The position numbers and the translations under genes are program-made. From an uncultured Methanosarcinales archaeon (GTDB lineage Archaea > Nanobdellota > Nanobdellia > Woesearchaeales > WJKR01), in contig CAZKVR010000001.1 of the NCBI GenBank assembly GCA_964556395.1, positions 106,996-170,995 of the forward strand: DNA of 64,000 nucleotides, given 5' to 3'. Shown here piece after piece: positions 57,295-64,000 of the stretch. The notes under the pieces were generated by a model. The model was not told the origin of the DNA, ran no database searches, and saw nothing but the letters and a program-made list of their open reading frames with translations. How positions within the stretch are numbered: position 1 is the stretch's first letter; each line of letters begins with the position of its first letter.

Positions 57295-57681
57295 ATGTAT
57301 ATGCGCTACCTCGACGAGCTCAAAGCCCTCGACCTGCCGCCAGACCGGTACGTCGTGTCCGGCAGCGGCCCCCTCGCCGTCCGCGGCATCCGGGAGAACA
57401 GGGATATCGACCTCGTCTTGTCAGCCGGGTTGTGGGAGGCGCTCAAGGAGGATTATCCTTTCAACCGGAATGGCGGGCTCCAGTTGTCGGAGCATGTGGA
57501 AGCGTTCCCGCGCTGGCCTGGTGTGGAAAAGCCTTGGAAGCTGATAGAGCGTGCTGAGATTATCGACGGCGTCCCGTTCGCCCTTCTGGAAGACGTCGAG
57601 GCGTGGAAGGTGAGAAGCAGTGATTCCAAGGATGTGGAGGACGTCAGGCTTATCCGGAACTACCGAGAGGGACACGGATGA
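57295..57681 (+). CDS. Small nucleotidyltransferase-fold protein
   Basis: VVSGSGPLAVRGIRENRDIDL..KDVED. Confidence 0.65.
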   Translation: MYMRYLDELKALDLPPDRYVVSGSGPLAVRGIRENRDIDLVLSAGLWEALKEDYPFNRNGGLQLSEHVEAFPRWPGVEKPWKLIERAEIIDGVPFALLEDVEAWKVRSSDSKDVEDVRLIRNYREGHG

Positions 57682-57684
57682 CCT

Positions 57685-58383
57685 TCACATGCCATCGTTG
57701 AGAGGTCTGACCGACAGTCTCGAGGCGAGTTCTCGGATGGCTTCCGCGGCTTTCGACGTCGGGTAGGCGTGGAGGTGCGCTACCCGTCTGGCTTGCGCTT
57801 CTTCGAACGTGTCGTCGTGCGGTATGGCTGCCAGGACCGGTGTTTCGAGGAATTCTTCCACTTGTTCCTTGGTGAGGCCGTGCGGCGCGCCGTCCCTGTT
57901 GACGATGATTCCTAGCAGCATCTTCCTGCTCCGTTCCAGTTCTTTCAATGCCCGTTTGGCTTCGAGTATTGAGGGATAGTGCGGCGTCGTGATGATGAAT
58001 GCTTGGTCGCACGCGTCCAGTACGTGGCTGTAGTCGCCTGGCGGGGCGTCGAACAGGACCGTGTCGGCGGCGTGCTTGTACTTGCCGATGGCGGAGGTGT
58101 CGTATTCTCGCGGCCTCGCTCCGATGGAGCCCGGGACGATCTTGAGTCCTGAGTCGTGGAGGTGGACTGCTTTGGAGTAGGGGGTGCGGTTGGCTAGTAC
58201 GTCGTGGAGTGTGTCGGTGAACCTGCCCGGCCCTAGTGCGGTGCCGACGTGCGGCGCTTGCAGGTTGCCGTCGACCAGCAGGGTGTTCTCGCCGAGCTCG
58301 TGCAGCGCCGCTGCCAGGTTGATGGCGAGCGTCGTCTTGCCCGTGCCTCCTTTGCCGTTCAGGATTCCGATGTTCCGTCCGAT
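57685..58383 (-). CDS. minD: MinD/ParA-family ATPase, 232 aa, starting at a non-canonical ATC
   Basis: Hand translation (M)GRNIGILNGKGGTGKTTLAINL..LVDGNL..LFDAPPG..GIIVNR..AIPHD; SD-like GGTGAGG just upstream; in-frame TGA three codons upstream. Confidence 0.82.
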   Translation of the reverse strand: MGRNIGILNGKGGTGKTTLAINLAAALHELGENTLLVDGNLQAPHVGTALGPGRFTDTLHDVLANRTPYSKAVHLHDSGLKIVPGSIGARPREYDTSAIGKYKHAADTVLFDAPPGDYSHVLDACDQAFIITTPHYPSILEAKRALKELERSRKMLLGIIVNRDGAPHGLTKEQVEEFLETPVLAAIPHDDTFEEAQARRVAHLHAYPTSKAAEAIRELASRLSVRPLNDGM

Positions 58384-58862
58384 GCTTCCTCACCTTCTTT
58401 TCCGGCCTCGTAGTTCTTCACGAGTTCTTGCACGCGCCGGTAGAATTGGAGCATGTACTGGTAGTAGTTGGTGATGATGTCGATGTTGACGATCTCTTCC
58501 CGGCCTTCGACGACGGTCCTCATGGTGACGTTGCGGCGGTATTCCTGTTCCCGTTGCGGGTTGCTTCGGAACAGTTTTCGGAGTAGGAAGAAGAGTCCTA
58601 TGTTGTCGATGATGACCTCGTCGTCGGGGTAGAGCTCTTTCACGAGGTTTCCTCGTTCGATGGGTGACGCCGGTATGCGTTCCACCTTGCCTTCCTCGAT
58701 GCGTATCTTGAGCAGTGCTTGTATGAGGTATTCGTAGCCGTCGATCATCCTATTGAGGATGTTGAGGAGGACGTCAACCGTCCGCGTGTATTTGAGGCTG
58801 ACGTAGATCTGGTGGTCTACCCTTTTGAGTTCTTCTTGCGCGTCTTCGAGGCTTTGCATCAT
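58359..58862 (-). CDS. Hypothetical helical protein
   Basis: Start MMQSLEDAQEELKRVDH; ATGA coupling to the upstream gene. Confidence 0.75.
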   Translation of the reverse strand: MMQSLEDAQEELKRVDHQIYVSLKYTRTVDVLLNILNRMIDGYEYLIQALLKIRIEEGKVERIPASPIERGNLVKELYPDDEVIIDNIGLFFLLRKLFRSNPQREQEYRRNVTMRTVVEGREEIVNIDIITNYYQYMLQFYRRVQELVKNYEAGKEGEEASDGTSES

Positions 58863-59329
58863 TTTGCGGTCACCAGTTGTAGGAGCTCGTGGACCAGCTC
58901 CTTGGTCTTCTTCAGGTAGTCTTTGAGGAGTGCTTCGTCGAGGGTTTTGAGGCGGTAGTCCTTGTCTGCCATGACGTATTTGCCCTTGCGGGGGAATTCC
59001 GTGGTCGATTGTTGGTGTTCTTGCACGGCTTCTCGTAGCTCTGCGATGAACCGGACCCATTTGAGATCGAGGCCGTGTTGGTGCACCACCTTGCTCTTGA
59101 AGGTGGAGAACTTGCTGTCGAACGTCTCGTTGAAGGCTGGGACGCGCTTGTGCAGTCGTTCGTAGTGGAGGACTGATGCCATGCTGTTGGTGACGGCCAT
59201 GAACAGGTTCTCCAGGACTCCGAGTAGTATCTTTGGGTCTTTCACGAGCGGGTAGGTCATCGTGAGCATGTGGTCCGCCAACTGTATGTTGCGCCGCGCC
59301 TTGTCCTTGTACTGGACGAATCGTTCCAT
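58859..59329 (-). CDS. Hypothetical helical protein (HEPN-like fold possible)
   Basis: LADHMLTMTYPLVKDPKILL. Confidence 0.75.
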   Translation of the reverse strand: MERFVQYKDKARRNIQLADHMLTMTYPLVKDPKILLGVLENLFMAVTNSMASVLHYERLHKRVPAFNETFDSKFSTFKSKVVHQHGLDLKWVRFIAELREAVQEHQQSTTEFPRKGKYVMADKDYRLKTLDEALLKDYLKKTKELVHELLQLVTAK

Positions 59330-59346
59330 GGAGAAGTTCTTCCTAC

Positions 59347-59955
59347 TCAGTGGAGGTTTATATATGTTTGGGTGGTGTGTATTGTGAGGTTCGGCTGGTG
59401 TTCGATCTCTTTGTGGTAGCGGGCGAAGCGTTCGGGCGTGTTGTCCTTGAGGAGACCGTTTATGTGCTCTTCCAGCAGTCTATAGAACTCCTTCACCGGT
59501 GGTTCGTGCCAGTAGTTCTCGAAGAAGTTCTTCTTCGGGTCGAGTTCGCCGTGCATAGGCCATGTCCCTTTGGTAGTGACGTCTTGCGGGTTCTGGTAGG
59601 GGGTGGGTTTGATGATGACGTTGGTGCGGTCTCGGAAGTCGATGATCTGGTTTCCGTCTCTGAGGAAGTAATGGAGGCCTTCGCGGCCGTTGTTGTGGTC
59701 GTGGAGGTGTTCCATGAAGAGTTCGGGCTTGCGGCCTGCTAGTTGGAGGTACCATTGGGTGAGGAGTGTGCGGTCGAGGCAGGCTCCCATGAAGCTGGTG
59801 TCCTTGTCTTGGAGCAGTTGGTGGACGCTCCGTTGTGAGAATTTCTGCTTGAATTCGTCAGGCGTCCAGAGCTTGGTCTCAAGGTTCTCGTTCATCCAGC
59901 CTTCGATGAAGGGTTCGAGGAGTCTCTTGAGGTACGCTTCGGATGCGGCGCTCAT
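59347..59955 (-). CDS. Hypothetical protein with a possible Cys-His-Asp triad
   Basis: GACLD..LHYFL..IIDF. Confidence 0.6.
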   Translation of the reverse strand: MSAASEAYLKRLLEPFIEGWMNENLETKLWTPDEFKQKFSQRSVHQLLQDKDTSFMGACLDRTLLTQWYLQLAGRKPELFMEHLHDHNNGREGLHYFLRDGNQIIDFRDRTNVIIKPTPYQNPQDVTTKGTWPMHGELDPKKNFFENYWHEPPVKEFYRLLEEHINGLLKDNTPERFARYHKEIEHQPNLTIHTTQTYINLH

Positions 59956-59991
59956 GGCTCGTCGGGAAAGAAAGGGTGTTTTTTAAGGTTT

Positions 59992-60342
59992 TCACTCGCT
60001 TTGGAGGTCCATGATGGCTTGTGCGAGGTCGCCGTCCGCCTCTTCGATGGCTTTTCGGGCTTCCTCTTCGGAGACGCCTGCTTGTTCCTTGACGGTCTCG
60101 ACGTCCTCGTCCGAGATTTCAGGGGTTGTTTCTAGGGCTCGTTCTTGTGGTTCTCCGATGACTTGATAGGTCTGCTGGCCCATCATGTTGATCTTCGCCA
60201 CTTGGGGTTGGTCGAAGACGTATTCCTTGTCTTCCGTCCGGATGATGACTTGCGTGGCAGGCATGTCTTCTTGCTGCATGCCCATGCGTTTCATGGCTTG
60301 TTTCATCTGTCTGGAGTTCATGCCGGGCATCATGGGTATCAC
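59992..60342 (-). CDS. nac: Nascent polypeptide-associated complex protein
   Basis: QMKQAMKRMG, MMGQQTYQVIG, UBA domain QAGVSEEEARKA..GDLAQAI. Confidence 0.95.
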   Translation of the reverse strand: MIPMMPGMNSRQMKQAMKRMGMQQEDMPATQVIIRTEDKEYVFDQPQVAKINMMGQQTYQVIGEPQERALETTPEISDEDVETVKEQAGVSEEEARKAIEEADGDLAQAIMDLQSE

Positions 60343-60497
60343 AACGAGAGCCAGAGGAGCAGTTCTATAAGGATGACGACGACGGCGAAGATGACGATGT
60401 GGATCGGCTGGAAGACTATCTTGGATTTGTAGTCGTCGAAGTATTGCGTGATGCCTGCGCCGCTGGAGGGCATCCTGACCTTGTCGTTCTTGGCCAT
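60339..60497 (-). CDS. secG: Preprotein translocase subunit Sec61-beta
   Basis: MPSSGAGITQYFDD..P..V plus a C-terminal TM. Confidence 0.9.
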   Translation of the reverse strand: MAKNDKVRMPSSGAGITQYFDDYKSKIVFQPIHIVIFAVVVILIELLLWLSL

Positions 60498-60576
60498 GTC
60501 TTTGAGTAAACCCTTGTTGTTTAAAAATGTAATGGATGACGGAAGCTTCTTATAGGAGTGATGGAGAGTATAGGAT

Positions 60577-61302
60577 ATGGCCGAGGCTTCCCCATCGCAG
60601 CTGGTCCAGTACGTGAAAGGCACGTTGCGGCAAGGCTATTCTGAGCAGCAGGTCCGGCAGACGCTGCTGCAGAACGGCTACGATCAGGCTTCCGTCGACC
60701 AGGCGTTCTCCCTGGCGAAGGGCGAGAGGCAGCAGGGTCCTGCCAGGCCGGCTTCTTCCCGTACGAACAGGCTGGGTATAGTCGCGTTCGTCCTCGCCTT
60801 CGTCGGCCCTCTGTTTATCGGCGCTAGCCCTTCCTTCTTCCTTCAGGGTGTTGTCACTCCGGTGCTGGCAGGGTTGGGTGTCTTGGCGGTGCTAGCGACA
60901 CTCATATTGGGTATAGTCTCGTTACGTCAGGTCCGTCGTCGAGGGGAGAAGGGTAAGGTGTTGTCCATCCTGTCCATAATCTTCGGCGGTCTTCAGGTTC
61001 TAGGCGTGATTCTTCTCGTCGTGGGTTTATTCTTTATGAGAAGTCTTTTCAGTGCCGGTGCCGATAGTATGGGAGGTCTTTTGGAGTCGCAGTCCGTCCA
61101 AGGGAGTGTGGACGGAGCGGATTCTGGAGACGCGCTCTCAGGTTTGATGGAGTCTCCTGATTTAGGGTGTAAGGAGGCTGGCGGCAGGTGTCTTACGCAA
61201 GAGATATGCGATGCGACGAACGGGACTGTCTTGGATTCCTTCAATGAAGGTTGCAAGGATGATGGTGAGAGTTACGTTTGTTGTGAGTCGTCGTCCGGCT
61301 GA
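60577..61302 (+). CDS. DUF4190-like membrane protein with a Cys-rich C-terminus
   Basis: LGIVSLRQVRRRGEKGK; CKEAGGRC..CC. Confidence 0.72.
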   Translation: MAEASPSQLVQYVKGTLRQGYSEQQVRQTLLQNGYDQASVDQAFSLAKGERQQGPARPASSRTNRLGIVAFVLAFVGPLFIGASPSFFLQGVVTPVLAGLGVLAVLATLILGIVSLRQVRRRGEKGKVLSILSIIFGGLQVLGVILLVVGLFFMRSLFSAGADSMGGLLESQSVQGSVDGADSGDALSGLMESPDLGCKEAGGRCLTQEICDATNGTVLDSFNEGCKDDGESYVCCESSSG

Positions 61303-61311
61303 AAAAAAAGG

Positions 61312-61678
61312 TGTCGGGTGGCGGTAAGCTGCCTTGTGTGCGGCCCCGGAGCACCGCCTTGGTGGTGCCGTCGGGCCTGACGACATTCGACTGAGCGTCT
61401 TTGTGGACTTGCACAGGCGGGGGCTCGCCGTTTCATCCTTTCCATGGGCGTCGTCGGCAGGTTATCTCACACCGGTTGCCTGGTGCTTCGCGTGCGTCAT
61501 CCCATGCCCGTGGGGGTCTCGTTTCGGGGCGGTTGCCGCGGCTTTCGCCGCCTCCCCACTACGGGGAGCCGCCGTTGTCCAGCGACGACCCTGGCTTGTT
61601 GCAGCCAGTGGTTGTCATCGCGTTGTGTGGGCAGACTTTCCTCAGCGCGTTGGCCGTGGGTCGTCTCGCCACCCGACG
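61312..61678 (-). ncRNA. rnpB: RNase P RNA
   Basis: Minus strand GAGGAAAGTCTGCC (CR-I) pairs with 3' ACAAGGCAGCTTAC (CR-V, P4); terminal helix GTCGGGTGGCG/CGCCACCCGAC; TATA-like box upstream and T-tract downstream. Confidence 0.92.
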
Positions 61679-61829
61679 TGTTGGTGGAAGATTGATTGAT
61701 TTATAAGAGTATATTATTTTCAATAAAGAAAAATAAGAAACGACAGGATAACAACAAAGAATACAAAAACCAATTAATTTCCATAAAGAAACAATATAGT
61801 TTTAAACCAACACGAACCAACAAGAAACC

Positions 61830-62627
61830 ATGGACAAGGTGAAAGCCCTCCAACAAAAAATCCTCGACTTCTACAAGCAACGAGGAAGAAGCCTGCCCTG
61901 GAGGGACACGACAGACCGCTACAAGGTCCTCGTCTCAGAGATCATGCTCCAACAGACCCAGGTCGACCGCGTCACCCAAAAATACGAGGCGTGGATGAAG
62001 AGATACCCCACAGTCAAAGCACTGGCGGAAGCACCCCTCTCGGAAGTCCTCAAGCTCTGGTCAGGCCTCGGCTACAACAACCGCGCCAAACGGCTCCACG
62101 ACGCCGCCAAGAAAGTCATGGAAGAACACGACGGAGAAATACCTGACGAAGAAGAAGACCTCAAGCAGTTACCAGGCATCGGACCCTACACCGCCCGGAG
62201 CGTACTCATCTTCGCAGACAACCGAGACCTAGCGACGGTGGACACGAACATCAGGCGGATACTCATCCACGAGCTCGGACTATCAGAAACGACCACTGAC
62301 AAGGAACTCTTCAAGCAAGCAGAAAAACTGCTGCCGAAAGGCCGGTCGAGGGACTGGCACAACGCCCTGATGGACTACGGCGCGCTAGAACTCACGAGCA
62401 GGAAGTCAGGGATAAGACCGAAAACAAGACAAAGCAAGTTCGAAGGCTCGAGAAGACAGGTCCGCAGCACCCTCCTCAAGCACGCGCTAGAGAAAGGAAG
62501 CATCAACGGACGAGAAGCGAAAAAGCACTTCCCAGACACGGAGCACGACCCTAGAGAAGTATTGGAAGAACTCCGAGAAGAAGGACTCGTGGAAAGACAC
62601 GGAAAGACATACAAGCCTAAAGGATGA
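61830..62627 (+). CDS. mutY: A/G-specific adenine glycosylase (HhH-GPD), lacking the Fe-S cysteines
   Basis: LPWR, VSEIMLQQTQV, WSGLGYNNRA, LPGIGPYTA, VDTN. Confidence 0.9.
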   Translation: MDKVKALQQKILDFYKQRGRSLPWRDTTDRYKVLVSEIMLQQTQVDRVTQKYEAWMKRYPTVKALAEAPLSEVLKLWSGLGYNNRAKRLHDAAKKVMEEHDGEIPDEEEDLKQLPGIGPYTARSVLIFADNRDLATVDTNIRRILIHELGLSETTTDKELFKQAEKLLPKGRSRDWHNALMDYGALELTSRKSGIRPKTRQSKFEGSRRQVRSTLLKHALEKGSINGREAKKHFPDTEHDPREVLEELREEGLVERHGKTYKPKG

Positions 62628-63998
62628 CTAATCCTTCCCGAGCTTCTTCACGCAGTGCTCGATCTGCGCGGGCGTCCAACCCTTGTCCAACAGCAGGGGA
62701 CGCAAGTGGTCCATGAGGTATCCTTTCTCGAAAGCCTTACGGAGGAAATCAGTAAGCATCTCCTCATCGTTATCGACGAACAAAGGCTCCTCCATATGTT
62801 CCTCTGAAGCGGATGGCTTCTCCTCCGCTTCAGCCTCGGACCCTTCGACGACGGCAGGCTTGCCAGAACCCTCGTCATGAGGCTTTTCCTTCTCGCTGGC
62901 CCCGCCATGTTCTTGCTTGCCGTCAGCCTCGCCGGGTTTTTCCTCTTGAGCCTTGGAATCCTCGCCTTCACCCTGCTCGTCCTCCTTGCTCTTACGCCGC
63001 TTCATCTGGACGACGAGTCCGATGACGACCGCGGCAACAACGAGCAACCCTGCCCCGAGCCACAACGGGTTAGCGCCGCCGCTCGCGTCGGAAGAAGTGC
63101 CGTAAGGGTCCTCCTCGGGAGCGGTTTCCTGCGGCGGTGCAGACTCGTTACCAGGAGCGGCAGACTCGTTAACATCCTCGGAGGCGTTCTCGGACACGGC
63201 GTTGCCCGTCACCGAGGACGGGTCGTCATCGCCTTCCGCGCCGACGAGGAACGTGCTCAGGCCAGGCGACTCGGCCTCGTAGAACACGAACGTCATGTTC
63301 TCATCCACCTCCTCCGTCTCCAAGGAGTCCCACTCGAAGCCGTCGTAGCGGAACAGGACGACCTCGTCCTCAGCGACACCCTCCCCCTCGAGCCAGTCCT
63401 TGTCGACCTTGAACGACAGCTGAGCCGACGATATATCATCACCTGACACGTCGTCGTGGTCGATGTCGAACAGGCGGTACAGCCGGCCGTCGAAGGAGGA
63501 CGTCTCCTGACGGCTGGCGGCGTCGACCGCCTCCACCACCTTGATGCGCGCGTTGCTCACCTCGGCCTTGACGGAGACCTCCATGGCGGCGAACGACATG
63601 TCGCTACGCGGGTTCGACACACGGAGAGAGTCATTGACAGAATCGGCATAGCTGGTGAACGACCGTGCCGTCTCGGCAGGCTCCGGTTCCGAACCCCCAG
63701 ACGGGTAGAACGTGCCGCCACCACTACCGCTACTGCTGCTATCGTCATCGTCACCATCATCCTCAGGTGGAGGTGGCATGTCCGCGTCCGCGTCGAACGA
63801 GTAGGACGAGCCTTCGAGCGTGTAGTTGGACGAGTTGCCCGACACCACGACAGTGCCAGTCCCTGCAGTAGCGGTGTAGTTCGACGAGTTACCGCTGGTC
63901 GCGACCCCGTCAGTCGTGGCCGTGCCGGTGTACTCCTCGGCGGAAGCCGCTGCCAGGAGCAGCAGGGCCATGACGATTATGGTAGTCGCGGTTCTCAT
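62628..63998 (-). CDS. Secreted PGF-pre-PGF-type surface protein with a C-terminal TM
   Basis: Signal peptide ASA|EEY; FKVDKDWL..VVLFRYD..W..YEAESPGLSTF. Confidence 0.85.
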   Translation of the reverse strand: MRTATTIIVMALLLLAAASAEEYTGTATTDGVATSGNSSNYTATAGTGTVVVSGNSSNYTLEGSSYSFDADADMPPPPEDDGDDDDSSSSGSGGGTFYPSGGSEPEPAETARSFTSYADSVNDSLRVSNPRSDMSFAAMEVSVKAEVSNARIKVVEAVDAASRQETSSFDGRLYRLFDIDHDDVSGDDISSAQLSFKVDKDWLEGEGVAEDEVVLFRYDGFEWDSLETEEVDENMTFVFYEAESPGLSTFLVGAEGDDDPSSVTGNAVSENASEDVNESAAPGNESAPPQETAPEEDPYGTSSDASGGANPLWLGAGLLVVAAVVIGLVVQMKRRKSKEDEQGEGEDSKAQEEKPGEADGKQEHGGASEKEKPHDEGSGKPAVVEGSEAEAEEKPSASEEHMEEPLFVDNDEEMLTDFLRKAFEKGYLMDHLRPLLLDKGWTPAQIEHCVKKLGKD

Positions 63999-64000
63999 AA

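Noticed and set aside
57650..58393. 247-aa Arg-rich ORF
   Set aside because: Wrong frame; the overlapping frame encodes a clear MinD.
61334..61706. Three plus-strand ORFs
   Set aside because: They are antisense to the RNase P RNA.

Overview
This is a chromosomal window from an archaeon, most likely a DPANN/Woesearchaeota-type lineage (inferred from PAN, FEN1, EndA, an archaeal histone, Hjc, aMBF1, NAC, Sec61-beta, RNase P RNA and TATA-type promoters). The GC-rich backbone is interrupted by two strictly minus-strand gene arrays, ~1.8-26.6 kb and ~38.0-41.4 kb, which share an architecture: an archaeal TATA box, a ~270-320 nt U-poor non-coding leader ending in CAGAT-ATG, A-rich gene starts mostly without a Shine-Dalgarno site, bacterial-type hairpin/U-tract terminators, and a nearly identical 3' end. 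Their cargo looks Bacteroidetes-like: all ten Sec/SPI-type proteins have Gln right after the predicted cleavage site, and there are lipoproteins, outer-membrane beta-barrel-like proteins, STAS-like proteins and a bacterial ThyA. An ECF sigma factor sits in the archaeal backbone. No integrase, transposase or virion gene was recognised. My main hypothesis (inference) is a set of host-directed arrays in an archaeal symbiont of a diderm Bacteroidetes host; recent gene transfer or chimeric assembly are the alternatives. Smaller observations include an 18-bp intergenic motif in 8 copies, a minD with an ATC start, in-frame stops in distal array genes, a 19-bp repeat bracketing a TA+EamA module and a candidate K-loop sRNA. 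All family calls are from motif recognition by eye, with no database searches.
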